Assembly (NCBI RefSeq): GCF_006345805.1
Contig: NC_043010.1
Span: forward strand, 56,110,001 to 56,174,000
DNA: 64,000 nucleotides
Reading direction: 5' to 3'
Origin: Octopus sinensis
Taxonomy: Eukaryota
Shown here: piece after piece, positions 24,481 through 37,905 of the stretch
Numbering within the stretch: the stretch's first letter is position 1
Layout of the letters: each line of letters begins with the position of its first letter
Notes under the pieces: model-generated
What the model was told of the DNA's origin: nothing
What the model saw: only the letters and a program-made list of their open reading frames with translations
Databases searched by the model: none
Translations under genes and position numbers: made by a program

Positions 24481-26971
24481 ACTTTTTCTAGAGAGAGAAC
24501 AGTTACAGTTGGATTCCAAAAGTTCTCCAGGGTGTCGACTCCTGATAAAAAGCATCGAAGAGACGAGGGGAAAGTAATGTGTTCTTGAGAAAGTTTGTGT
24601 CAGTTTATGAAGATGAGAAGCGAAATGATTAATAGACATAACTCCAGCACCAAGACCACAACAAACATGAAAAACAAAACGGAAATATTCTGGTTCCTTC
24701 TCACCCGGAGTGAATAAAGACACGATAAATGAGGCAGGAGGAACGAAATTCTTCAAAAATGTCCAAATCTCGAAACACCGGATCTAACTGTTGTAATAGG
24801 ATATTGGTGCAAATATCTCAGTTACATTGGCAGTGATTTAAGCTCAGTTGATGGGAACAGCTTGACAAGCACAATTTATCTTTGCCCTAAATACTTTCCA
24901 ACTGTTGGCATTTTTCTCATTCCACAAACTGTCCAAACTACCCAGGCTAAATTTTACCGCCAAATTCCTGCTAGCGCCACTCCAAATTCATTTAAGGCAA
25001 TTGTAACAACAACAAAAAAACGAAAAACATAGAATCTCTTTGCCTTCAAGACCAAATCTGATGCCGATTTTCCTCTGCTACTACAAGAACATCGATTTCA
25101 GTCAGCATTGAGAAAGGGCTGATCACGCAGAGAACTAATCTTCACATGACAGTCACGTGAAAAAATGATTACAAAATAGGATAGAGTAAGGAGGAGCTAA
25201 TTTAAAAAGCAGTAAAAATATCAAACTCGCTGCCTCTTATCTTTGATAAAACCGAACTAGTGTCAGGGAGGGCAGCTGATTTGTAAAAGGTAACCAGAAT
25301 AAGACCGGATATCGCTACCACCATTTACAGCATCGTGTCGGCTATTTAGCAGTAATAATTATGATTGTGGTGAAGAAAACAAACCGAAAATTCATGTCAA
25401 AATCTCTATTAAATAGCATGAAATGCTGCAATGACAGGGAGAGATGAGTCAGCAAATTGTGCAAGTTTCGCGGATCAATGAGGCGTCATAATTGTAAGTT
25501 GAACAGAATGTTGTGAGGCGGAACCAGTACATGTTCTGTAGAGAGATGGGGGTTGAGTGGGTGGAGAAGAGGTGAGGGTAAAGAGGAGAAAAAAGGGGTA
25601 GAAAGGGAGAGGTGGGGAGAGGATAGAGAAACTGAAAACAGACGGAGTGGGGGGTAAGAGTGGGAGAGAGAAAAAAAAGGAGAGAAAAAGAATGAATATG
25701 TAAAGGTATGTAAGGGTAGAGTGTGTGTCTCGATGAATGTGTGTGTATGTGTGTGTGTGTGTGTGTAGATAGATATACATTTATATGTATGCTTTCAAAA
25801 ATATATGCCTGTATATGCTATATATATACATATATATAGATAGATAGATATATGGGTGTCTGAAAACATGCGAGTGTGCATGTGTGTGCGTGCGTGTAAG
25901 ATGAAGTGTGAGGTAGGAAGAGAGAAAAATCTCTGGAACAATTTTGTGGCTGATTTCAGTTAATTTCTCTGCCAAGAACTTTCTGGAATCACATTACAGA
26001 GTACGGGGAGTGGGTGGAGTGATGGATAGTATTGAAGGGGAAGAGGAGAGAGAGAATAGAGGAAGGGTGTAGGAAAGAGAGAGGGTGAAAGAGAAAGGAC
26101 AAAAGAGAGAGGGAGGGAATTGACAAAGTGAGAGGGAGAGAGAGAGAGAGAGAAAGAGAGGTTGCGTTGGAGGAAGAGAAACTTTTACGGAATATAGAAG
26201 TGAATAATAAGGGAGGAGTAGTTAAAGTGATAAGTGGGGGAAGGAGGATGTGAGATATTGAGGGAGGAGGAGGAGGAGCAAGAGTAAAGGATGTAATGAC
26301 GTAATTTCGAAATGAATAATCGTTGTGTGGTTGATGGGAAACGAACTCAGTAGATTGAAAGAGATTTGATATTATGGGCGGGGGGGGGAGAGAAAGGGAG
26401 AAGGGCCATAGCGGTCACCTGCTTTGAATAGGGGGCAATCAAAGGGAAACAAGGCGGAGGTAGATAGATAAGCCTCTTGTCTCACACTACAACACTTAGA
26501 ACCAGAGCAGGGACCAAGGGAGGAAAAGAATATGTTTTAAGGACAAGAAACAACCACCATAAGGAAAGGAGAAGAGAGGGGATTGATGAAGGAGAGCAGA
26601 GGCCGTTGAAGTAGCGATAGAAGTCAGAGAGAGAGTGGACACAGCGCAAATGCGGCTGAGTGAAGTCCTCGCTCTTAGAAAGATGGCTTTCTCTAAGACG
26701 TACGTTGTGGGTGTACGTGTACGTGTGTGTGTGTGTGTGTGTGTGTGTACGTGTACGTGTGTGTGTGTGTGTGTGTGCGTGTGTGTAAATTTCAGGAGAA
26801 TAAAATCCCCATGAATGTAATCAATCCCCTGATGTGCGATTCGATGAGCAGAGGGGGGGAGGGAGATCTGTTAAAGGATGAAGTATTTTCTGATTGTGGA
26901 GTTATTCAATCGTTCTGATATTCTCTTCACACACACACACACACACACATACATACACACTAATACATACA

Positions 26972-27005
<34 letters not shown>

Positions 27006-27278
27006 CATACATACATACATACACACATACATATACACATACATACATACACATACATACATATATAAACACATACCTTCTTTCCCCCCCCCCCCACACA
27101 TGCATTCCAGTTGCCTAAAATATAAATGGAGGCAATGATACTTCCAAAATCAATATGGTCATTGAATATTGATTGAGGTTGTATCAATGTCTCGATATAT
27201 TTTTGTGTCACTAGGCTATACTAATTGCGTTCACTTCTCTCATAGCTAACGCATGGATGCATATACTCAAGGGAGTAT

Positions 27279-27309
<31 letters not shown>

Positions 27310-27363
27310 ATTATATATATATACATATATATGTGTGTGTATGGGTGTATACACACACATATA

Positions 27364-27778
27364 GGCGCAGGAGTGGCTGTGTGGTAAGTAGCTTCCTTAC
27401 CTACCACATGGGTCCGGGTTCATTCTCACTGCATGGCAACTTGGGCGAGTATCTTCTATTATAGCCTCTACCAAAGCCTTGTGAGTGGATTTGGTAGAGG
27501 GAAACTGAAAGAAACCCATCGCGTATATATGCGTGTGTGTATGTGTGTGCGTGTGTGTGTGTGTATATATATATATATATGTATGTGTGTGAGTGTATAT
27601 GTTGTCTGTGTGTGTGTGTCTTCCCCCACCCCACCACATCGCTTGACAATCGATATTTGTGTGTTTACGTCCTCGTAACTTAACGTTTCGGTAAAAGGGA
27701 TTGATAAAATAAGTAATAGGGTTACAAAGACTAAGTCCTTGGGTCGATTTGGTGATACAGCATGGCCTCAGTCAAATT
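27364..27778 (+). mobile_element. Near full-length SINE B with internal (TA/TG)n tract
   Basis: GGCGCAGGAGTGGCTGTGTGGTAAG head, GGTCCGGGTTCA B-box region, 3' CAGCATGGCCTCAGTCAAAT. Confidence 0.9.
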
Positions 27779-27909
27779 GCATAAATGCATTGGTAGGTCC
27801 AATAAAAATAGTACACCATCCAGTGATTAATATCAGGATTCAAATTTGAGCCGTTATGCATGTCTGTCTGTGTGTGTGTGTGTGTGTGTGTAAAGATATA
27901 TATATATAT

Positions 27910-27958
<49 letters not shown>

Positions 27959-28029
27959 CATCCCATCAAGAAGGATACACCTTAGCTATCAGGACGAGAG
28001 GAAGCCATTAAATACCTGACTGAGAAGAG

Positions 28030-28560
28030 ACAAGGGTGTCGTTAGATGTCCATGTTGTCATAGAAAATACTGATAGTGCAATAGCAGTGAGGAAGATATC
28101 ACTCATATTAGTAAACTGTTCAAAAATATCCGTAAGGCAAAACCATCTCCACTTCTATACAGAGGCAGGGTTGGCCATACCGAAGGGAGTCTAGAACCAG
28201 AATATCCACGCTTTAAAAACAAAATACTGGTAGAACATTCCAATAGAAAGAGCAGAACCGACCAGACATGATTTGGGACATGGAGAAACAATCGTTGAAC
28301 GTTATTGAGATCAGTTGCTCAGCTTCAAACATTATTTACAGCCCTTAATGTCCCGGATGAAGATTTTCATTTGTTCCTATTATTCTAGATGTACTTAGGT
28401 GAAGTAACAACTGCTTTGCATAAAAATGCTGGGGTTCGCCAAGGAAGACCGAATTCACATCCTCCAAAAGCAATTGAGCCGTGTTTCAAAGGAGATTTGT
28501 AAAACATTCCATGGATTCTCGATTTGAGGTTCCTACGCTGGGAACTTGTACACAATTCTA
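28030..28560 (+). mobile_element. Decayed RLE-type LINE C-terminal remnant (zinc knuckle plus restriction-like endonuclease)
   Basis: Frames give CRCC..., EEDITHI and NRPDMIWDMEKQSLNVIEISCS, matching the PD..(D/E) RLE motif. Confidence 0.55.
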
Positions 28561-28571
28561 GATACACATGG

Positions 28572-28620
<49 letters not shown>

Positions 28621-28756
28621 CAATGAAGCATACACAAACGCTGTCGCGTTGTAGTTGTGTTTTAGTATATCACCACAACTACTACTACTACCACCACTAT
28701 CAATCACTATTACCACCATTACTACTACTGCCACCACCACTATTACTACTATTATA

Positions 28757-28797
<41 letters not shown>

Positions 28798-29517
28798 CAT
28801 CACTACAACTGTGAAGAGTTTACTTAAATCCAATCAACGGAAATTGTGAGTTGTCAAGAAAACTGTAGAGATTAGTGGGGGGGGGTAAAGGATGGAGAGG
28901 TGGTAGCAGTTGTGGGGTGAGGAAGCAGTGATGGAGAGGTGGTGGTGGTGGTGGTGGTGAGGCTGAGATGTCAAAGTGTTTTGAGGTCAGATCATCCCCA
29001 ATCCCATCCCACCAGAGAAGTGGTTGGAGGGTTCAAACTATGAGGTCTTGGTTTCAATACTTTCAGCTCTCCTACCATGACCTTCATGACTTGACTAAAG
29101 ACTAATGAGTGAGTTGATTGACCAGAACTTAGTGAGAATGTTCCTGTTATTGTGTGGTTGTCTTCATCTTTCGCCTGGTCCACCCTTTCTCCCATCAACC
29201 ATACAAAATGGGTTCTGGACCCTGCTTTTCCTCCTCGACACCACCACCACCGCCAATTGCAAACGAAATCCAAAACCACCATTTAAATTTCATCAGATTT
29301 TCAATGTTTTATTGAAAATGAGAGATGACGATTGGTAGAAAGCGGGAGGAAAGGAGCGTGGGGAATGGTGAGAGTAGAAGAGATAGTGTAGGAGAGGTGG
29401 AAGTTGAGAAACGGGATGGTTGGAAAGAAAAAACATAGAGGTCAGAGTAGGAGGGAGGAAAGGTGGAAAGAGGTCAGAGTTAGTGGATGGGGGAGAGAAG
29501 TCTGAATGTATGCGTAT

Positions 29518-29579
<62 letters not shown>

Positions 29580-30336
29580 GTGAATAAGAGCTGTTGGGGG
29601 AAGAAGAGAGAGAGAGAGAGAGAGAGAGAATACATCGACTGTAGATTGGCGTCTTAAGAAACGCAAGTCGAAGCGGGGGAGGGAGGGGTTGGTGTCAGCC
29701 TTAAGACAAGAAGCTAAATAAACATTTACAAAGTGGAATGGAGGGGGAAACGAAGTTGATTGGAACTGTATCGATCTATGATTGAACAACTTCACCATCT
29801 CATACCGATACCATTTCTCTTCCCCCTCTTTGCTCTCCTCCTCCTTCACACACACACACACACATTACATAATAATTAAACCAAATTTGTTTGTTTTTGT
29901 TGCTGTTTGCTGTAGTTGTGTTTTTCTTGGTTCAGCTCTCTCATTTAAACATCCCTTGTATTTACTCCCTCCCCTTCCTTCTCCCTGCCACCCTCTCGAC
30001 ATCATTCCCCTTCTCTCTCTCTCTCTCTCATTTAATGAAGCTGCCATTCCAGCTTAGACCCTCTCTCAGTCGCCATTTTATCTAACGATTTGCTCGCAAG
30101 GGGATCGATTGCACTCACGGTCCTTAATCTGAGTCTCTGGAACTAGTGGGGAGAGAGGGATTAAGGAAGTGATTCATTCTCCCCACCAGAAACCTGATCC
30201 CACCGAAGGCAACCATGACCCAATTGGTAGAGCAAGTGTGCCACCCGAAAACAAGGACGATCCGTCCATCCTAAGGTTAAGGTCAATCGACTGGGGCGGT
30301 GGTGGAAACGATTTGGTTTCAATATTTGTCGCTCCT

Positions 30337-30740
30337 AAGGCGGTGAGCTGGCAGAAACGTTAGCACACCGGGCGAAATGCGTAGCCGTATTTCGTCTGCC
30401 GCTACGTTCTGAGTTCAAATTCCACTGAGGTCGACTTTGCCTTTCATCCTTTCGGGGTTGATTAAATAAGTACCAGTTACGCTCTGGCGTCGATATAATC
30501 GACTTAATCCGTTTGTCTGTCCTTGTTTGTCCTCTCTGTGTTTAGCCCATTGTGGGTAGTAAAGAAATAGGTATTTAGTCTGTCTTTACGTTCCGAGTTC
30601 AAATTCCGCCGAGGTTAACTTTGTCTTTCATCCTTTCGGGGTCGATAAATTAAGTCTCAGTTGCGTACTGGGATCGATATAATACCCTGGCTCCCTCCCC
30701 ACAAAATTTCGGGCCTTGTGCCTAGAGTAGAAAAGAATAT
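30337..30740 (+). mobile_element. Dimeric SINE A (full monomer plus headless second monomer)
   Basis: Two B-box cores joined by the ...GTGGGTAGTAAAGAAATAGGTATTT junction; the same layout occurs at 17438-17850. Confidence 0.9.
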
Positions 30741-31927
30741 TTGCTACTTCTTCATTCATTAGTTCGACTAGTTTTTCTCCACTTTTTCTTTCAAAGAACG
30801 AGAATCTATTTCATAGTTACGTATTTTGTTAAAATGATAATAATAATAATAATTCTTTCTAATTTTGACTCAAGGACAGCAATTTTGAGGGTAAAGGGTT
30901 AAGCCGATTACATTGAGCCCAGTATTTGACTGGTACTTAATTTCATCGGCCTCGGAAGGATGAAAAATACCTCTCATGGATTCCTTAACCTTCCTCAGTA
31001 GTAAATACTCCGAGTAGATAACTCCGAGCTGACTGGAAACCCGTAGCTTTGCAATGGAACAGCCAAGACTAATGACTGACATGCGATCGAATCACAGCAA
31101 ATACATTCGTTGTAGCGCGATTAGTTCAAATACGCTTGGGACATATTTTAACTTCTGAAGGCAACTTCACCGAGGAGAAGTTTACCGAGGAGAAAAACAT
31201 TCTCGCTTGTTGTAGGTGTAAACACACTTTTATCAGCACAGTGGCGCCCTCTCTCGGCCTCCTAGATGCATTTTTGGCTCCGTAATCTTCCTTAGTAGAA
31301 GATATCGAAGAGAGATAACCTTAACAAGGGCAACCGCTGAGAGAAAACAATATATATAAAACAATAACATAACTAAAAACGTAAGATATGGAATAAAATA
31401 CACATACGCACCCTTCTGCACACACACACAAACACACACACACACACACACATTACATAATAATTAAACCAAATTTGTTTGTTTTTGTTGCTGTTTGCTG
31501 TAGTTGTGTTTTTCTTGGTTCAGCTCTCTCATTTAAACATCCCTTGTATTACTCCCTCCCCTTCCTTCTCCCTGCCACCCTCTCGACATCATTCCCCTTC
31601 TCTCTCTCTCTCTCTCTCTCATTTAATGAAGCTGCCATTCCAGCTTAGACCCTCTCTCAGTCGCCATTTTATCTAACGATTTGCTCGCAAGGGGATCGAT
31701 TGCACTCACGGTCCTTAATCTGAGTCTCTGGAACTAGTGGGGAGAGAGGGATTAAGGAAGTGATTCATTCTCCCCACCAGAAACCTGATCCCACCGAAGG
31801 CAACCATGACCCAATTGGTAGAGCAAGTGTGCCACCCGAAAACAAGGACGATCCGTCCATCCTAAGGTTAAGGTCAATCGACTGGGGCGGTGGTGGAAAC
31901 GATTTGGTTTCAATATTTATCGCTCCT

Positions 31928-32331
31928 AAGGCGGTGAGCTGGCAGAAACGTTAGCACACCGGGCGAAATGCGTAGCCGTATTTCGTCTGCCGCTACGTTC
32001 TGAGTTCAAATTCCACTGAGGTCGACTTTGCCTTTCATCCTTTCGGGGTTGATTAAATAAGTACCAGTTACGCTCTGGCGTCGATATAATCGACTTAATC
32101 CGTTTGTCTGTCCTTGTTTGTCCTCTCTGTGTTTAGCCCATTGTGGGTAGTAAAGAAATAGGTATTTAGTCTGTCTTTACGTTCCGAGTTCAAATTCCGC
32201 CGAGGTTAACTTTGTCTTTCATCCTTTCGGGGTCGATAAATTAAGTCTCAGTTGCGTACTGGGATCGATATAATACCCTGGCTCCCTCCCCACAAAATTT
32301 CGGGCCTTGTGCCTAGAGTAGAAAAGAATAT
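31928..32331 (+). mobile_element. Dimeric SINE A, duplicated copy of 30337-30740
   Basis: Part of the 1.6-kb duplication. Confidence 0.9.
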
Positions 32332-33598
32332 TTGCTACTTCTTCATTCATTAGTTCGACTAGTTTTTCTCCACTTTTTCTTTCAAAGAACGAGAATCTAT
32401 TTCATAGTTACGTATTTTGTTAAAATGATAATAATAATAATAATTCTTTCTAATTTTGACTCAAGGACAGCAATTTTGAGGGTAAAGGTTAAGCCGATTA
32501 CATTGAGCCCAGTATTTGACTGGTACTTAATTTCATCGGCCTCGGAAGGATGAAAAATACCTCTCATGGATTCCTTAACCTTCCTCAGTAGTAAATACTC
32601 CGAGTAGATACTAACTCCGAGCTGAACGAAGCTCCGAGCTGACAAGGAAACCCGTAGCTTTGCAATGGACAGCCAAGACTAATGACTGACATGCGATCGA
32701 ATCACAGCAAATACATTCGTTGTAGCGCGATTAGTTCAAATACGCTTGGGACATATTTTAACTTCTGAAGGCAACTTCACCGAGGAGAAGTTTACCGAGG
32801 AGAAAAACATTCTCGCTTGTTGTAGGTGTAAACACACTTTTATCAGCACAGTGGCGCCCTCTCTCGGCCTCCTAGATGCATTTTTGGCTCCGTAATCTTC
32901 CTTAGTAGAAGATATCGAAGAGAGATAACCTTAACAAGGGCAACCGCTGAGAGAAAACAATATATATAAAACAATAACATAACTAAAAACGTAAGATATG
33001 GAATAAAATACACATACGCACCCTTCTGCACACACACACAAACACACACACACACACACACACACTACTACTACTACCAAACCCAGGCCCAATATATTGG
33101 TGAAGCTAAACCTATAGAAGACGTTGGGCCAAGGTGACGAGCGGTAAGACTCAGCTGAGAACCTCAATGGTATTTCTTTAATGGTTAGGCTGTTTGTAGG
33201 AACTGAGTCCATGTTGTGTATCTCACTCTCTCCACCCAACGGAGCCAGAGCTAGATATCCTGTGTCCATATGGGTGCGAAGGCTCAGGAATGCGGGAACA
33301 TGATAATGTCAAGCACGGACAAAAGATCCCGAAATTGTTCAGTGCCATTCCCTGCATATCTGGTTTTATATCAGAGTGACCTTCTCCTAGGAACCTGTTT
33401 TGCGCTCACAAGACTTTTGTCAACCCGAGGTTATAGAGGAAGACACTTGCCCAAGATACCACGCAGTGGGACTGAACCCGGAATCACGAGGTTGGGAAGC
33501 GAGCTTCTTACCACACAGCCATGCCTGTTCATGTGTTTGTTTTCATGTGTGTGTGTGTGTGTGTTTATATGTACTGACGCGTGTGTATACAACCCCAC

Positions 33599-33661
<63 letters not shown>

Positions 33662-33761
33662 TATATACATACACACACACTCTCACACACATACATAGAC
33701 ATTTACATACATATAAACACACGCATACACAGACATTCTGTGGTGGGTGTATGAAGTGCAT

Positions 33762-33920
33762 GTGGTGGTGGTGGTGGTGGTGGTGGCGGTGGTGGTGGTG
33801 GTGGTGGTGGCGGCGGCGGTGGTGGTGGCGGTAGTGGTGGTGGTGGTGGTGGTGGTGGTGGTGGTGGTGGCGGCGGCGGTGGCGGCGGCGGCGGCGGCGG
33901 CGGTGGTGGTGGTGGTGGTG
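33762..33920. repeat. (GGT/GGC)n G-rich trinucleotide tract
   Basis: Read directly from sequence; explains the poly-V/A/T/W ORFs. Confidence 0.95.
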
Positions 33921-34432
33921 GGAGTTACAATGTTATCTAAATTGGTTGGGGGTCGGGGTTTGAAACACAACATCCTGTTATTAATGGGGAGGCGTAGGCA
34001 GAGTAGGAGCAACAGCGAAAAAAAGCACTTCGGTTGTTACCCAGCCCACTAGAAATAGCAACCTAATCTCCCTCAAACGTTAATTGAAGCTGGAACATAT
34101 GGGTAAACGTAATCCAGGATATTTTGAGTCGAATAAGCAAGAACGGTCATGGCTGGAACGTCTGATCGGAGCTGACCTAGGGTTAAACAACAACAAGGCA
34201 AAACCTTCACTTTTTCCTTATAAGGAGACAATGGAATGGGGGAGGGAGAAGGCGGTCAATTACTAGTCACTTGGTCAGCTAGAAACAGCAGTCAAATGTC
34301 CTTCATACACATTCGTATCATTATATAGTCGTGGTCACAACAGAGACGGGGTGGTCACGGCTAGAATAACTATGATAATAAGTGTACTCAACAACATACA
34401 TGAGTAACAACAACAAAACAGACTGCTGTTGT

Positions 34433-34580
34433 GTCACGTGACCTCGAGACTGTTCGCTTCTCCCCCCCCCTCCTCTCATTAAGCTTTCCTTTCTAATCGG
34501 TTCAGGGGCACCTGTTCCCGAATTGTATTATCTAATGAAGCCCAATCATTGCTCGGTGCGGTCCCTGGGGGCCGGGCGTG
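34433..34580. promoter_or_regulatory. Candidate proximal-promoter motif cluster (E-box palindrome, CCAAT, GC-box-like)
   Basis: GTCACGTGAC at 34433-34442, CCAATCA at 34542-34548 and GGGGCCGGGCG near 34568, within non-repetitive sequence. Motif co-occurrence only. Confidence 0.3.
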
Positions 34581-36554
34581 TGTATGTCATAGGCTGGAGG
34601 CCACTAACTTAGTCGGCTGGCAGAGATCAAAGAATAGTGGGGAAAGAATAGTGTGTGCGCGCACGCGTGTGTACTGAGAGGGGAGGAGGTCGACAGACAG
34701 ACAGACAGATAAGAGCACCGAACCCTCACAGAAATATTAAATTACCTCAATTTGGATTGAACAGTAGGGGGTAGTAAGGGTAGAGTAGTAGATTGTGGGG
34801 AAAAGGATGGAGAACGATATCTCACTTCAAATCTCACGGTTCTAAGTTCAATTTCAAGTAGGGTCAGCGATAATCTAAACGCAAGAGGATAATTATCTTA
34901 ATGCTGTCTTGTGTATGTTGGAGGTACGGGTACTTTGAGTGTTCATTATGTCGGGGAGGGGTGCTTTGGGTGCCGCTTTATGGCGTTCATATTGATGTGC
35001 TGCCACGGTGCTACAACTGTTATCTTTTTATTGTTTAACCCAAGGCCAGTCCTAACTAAGCACATTTATGATTGAAGACAAATCAGCCGTGACCATCAGT
35101 TTTCAGGCATTGTACATCTAGGAGTATATTAGGCAATGTGCCCCCCCCCCCTATTTCCAAAAGAGTAGGTTATAATTTGAGGGAAGATGGTTGCTATTTT
35201 GAGTCTGATTCGTGTTACTATTGGTTCGAACTAAAGCAGGCAGAGTTTAAAGGCGAGAGAGGAGGAGTGGAGAGGAGAGATATTGTGAAGATGCGAGAAT
35301 GGATGATAGTGAGGGGGAGATGGTGATAGTGGAGAGGGAGGGACTGGGGAGGGGGTTAACACTAACCCTGACAGAATGAACATCATTAAACAAAAGCATT
35401 CCTGCCGTGACAATCGAGACATCTTCAGAATATAGTGGTCCATTTTAAGAATGTGTCTTACCCGTGTTTAAGAGAGTTGGAGGTGGGAATTGAGGGAGAT
35501 TTGGATCACTATTTCTAACAAGGGAGGGAGGTCACGTAGAGAACCCGTTATTTCAAGATGAACTTGCAATGATAAACGGTGATGTGGTGGCTTTCAGTGA
35601 AGGCTAAATCGTAAAAATATCTCAAGCATTGAAGAGGAGGAAGTCGATGAAACAGAGCCGAGTATGCGACTGGTAATCTATAATAGCAAAGCCCAAAGGC
35701 TAAAAGAGAAAGTTGACTTTGGAGAGACTCGAACTCAGAATGTAAAATGGTTGAACATGAACAGAAGACTTTTTTTTTCTGCTCTACCGATTCTGCCAAT
35801 ATATCAGCACCGTTATAACTCTGGCATGATATGACGGCCGAAGATGAATGCGGTGGAGAGGCGGTGGGGGAGGAGGTGCTGGATGAAGGAGCTGAGAATG
35901 ATGAGAGACAAATACGTTTGTTTGTAATTGATCGTAATGAGGATTATGGCACATAGATGGAGCCACTGTGGGTGAGACCAGTGACTGAGGGAAGAGGAGG
36001 GGGAGAGAGAAGGGAGGAACAGGAAGGTTAATCAATGGCAGAATAATTAATATCACCAGCATCATCATCATCACAACTATTATTCATCATCATCATCATC
36101 ATGGCCATCATCATGAGCGTCATCACCAAGTGACGAGCAGAAACAAATCAAAATTTGTGATATATTAAGTGTTGATCAACAACAACAACAATCCCTGAAT
36201 GGGTATTAATAATGTTTTAGTGACATCAACATCAGCAACAATAACAAGCAGATGTCGACATGATGTATTTGTTGAGTTAAAAAATAATTTCTCAGAAAAT
36301 ATGAATATTGATGGAACAGGGGGAAAGGGTTGGGGTGCAATGGATTGAGGCGACTATACACATGCCTGCCCCTGCCCTATTCATTGCGGTATTGTTTGAG
36401 TTGTTTAACCCGATGGTTATCATCAAAAACGTTCTAGCTGTGGCCATCTCCCCTCTATTAGCATAACAAAGGAGGAAGGACAACTCTAGGTTCGAGACAA
36501 CTAAACACCCCAATATATATTATTATACATATTTATAATATATAAGTGTGAGTG

Positions 36555-36598
<44 letters not shown>

Positions 36599-36608
36599 AA
36601 TGAATGGG

Positions 36609-36705
36609 GTTTAAAATTTACTACAGCTGTTTCGGTGGAATTTTATTAATGCATTCATAGATTACATCCTAACATAAGCCACCATCTTCAGGTAAAATTT
36701 TAAAC
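36609..36705 (-). ncRNA. Type I hammerhead ribozyme-like motif (CUGAAGA, palindromic stem III ACAGCUGU, GUA site)
   Basis: Minus strand: GTTTAAAATTTTAC-CTGAAGA-T-GGTGG...CCACC-GAAA-CAGCTG-TA-GTAAATTTTAAAC; 13-bp stem I with one bulge, 5-bp stem II. Confidence 0.75.
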
Positions 36706-36771
36706 ATATAAACAAGTGAGATAAAACCTTGCTGATGACGAATCCAACAACATATTAGATAGCATTTATAT

Positions 36772-36814
<43 letters not shown>

Positions 36815-36862
36815 GTTACGTTTGTGCCTATGCTTTACACACACAAACACACACACACACAC

Positions 36863-36899
<37 letters not shown>

Positions 36900-37180
36900 A
36901 CACTAGCTCAAGGTTAGCGACAGAGCCTACGATGTCAATGGGTTTTCTGGCTAATTTCCTATCTAATTAAATAGTCATCAAATAAATTCCCTGACCTGAC
37001 ACCTCTACATCTCGCTTTTGTTCAGCTCATTTGTTTGATTAATTATGGAATTAACCATGAAACTTACTCAATAGGTATGCTCTCTTACGGACTCTATCCA
37101 CTTGTAGGGTTTCATATATATATATATATATGTGTGTGTGTATGTATGTATGTATGTATGTATGTATGTATGTGTGTATG

Positions 37181-37237
<57 letters not shown>

Positions 37238-37439
37238 CAATAATAATTCTCTAAATGAGATATAGACAGTGACTGCTCCATAATATAAGGGATATTAGCC
37301 AACTGAATATGGCTAGGGACAGGGCAGGGTGGTGGGGGTGTCACTGTTGCATTTAGCCCCAGGCGAACATCAACGTCACCAGATAGGCCGACGCCATCAC
37401 GGCGTCCTCTATCTTGCAAATGGGAGATCATTCCCCAAG

Positions 37440-37510
37440 AAGCGGATACCACACACGGACCTAGGTTTCAAGGTGTATTGCCTATTATCAACGTGTGGTA
37501 GGCACCGCTT
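37440..37510 (-). ncRNA. Type I hammerhead-like motif, U3:A8 variant, copy 1 (predicted C17 = 37458)
   Basis: Reverse complement of the motif at 37906-37976. Confidence 0.7.
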
Positions 37511-37905
37511 CTCGACGAACGACCAACCGTGCAAGATATATATAAAGATTTTCAAGTAAATACATTTACTGATTTCGAAAATCTGTTCGACAGCAATAAT
37601 AATTCTCTAAATGAGATATAGACAGTGACTGCTCCATAATATAAGGGATATTAGCCAACTGAATATGGCTAGGGACAGGGCAGGGTGGTGGGGGTGTCAC
37701 TGTTGCATTAGCCCCAGGCGAACATCAACGTCACCAGATAGGTCGACCCATATTCAGTTGGCTAATATCCCTTATATTATGGAGCAGTCACTGTCTATAT
37801 CTCATTTAGAGAATTATTATTGCTGTCGAACAGATTTTCGAAATCAGTAAATGTATTTACTTGAAAATCTTTATATATATCTTGCACGGTTGGTCGTTCG
37901 TCGAG

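Larger units (their letters stand above)
29865..33030. repeat. ~1.6-kb tandem duplication (copy 1 about 29865-31420, copy 2 about 31453-33030) with breakpoints in (CA)n
   Basis: TTACATAATAATTAAACC starts at 29865 and 31453; CCCTTCTGCA at 31411 and 33021; copies near-identical. Confidence 0.97.

Noticed and set aside
31236-31260. CACAGTG heptamer next to a CTCF-like GGCGCCCTCT (other CTCF-like cores near 4511, 41452, 60799)
   Set aside because: No partner TIR or nonamer, and short motif matches are expected by chance in 64 kb. There are no clustered exons that would give them meaning.
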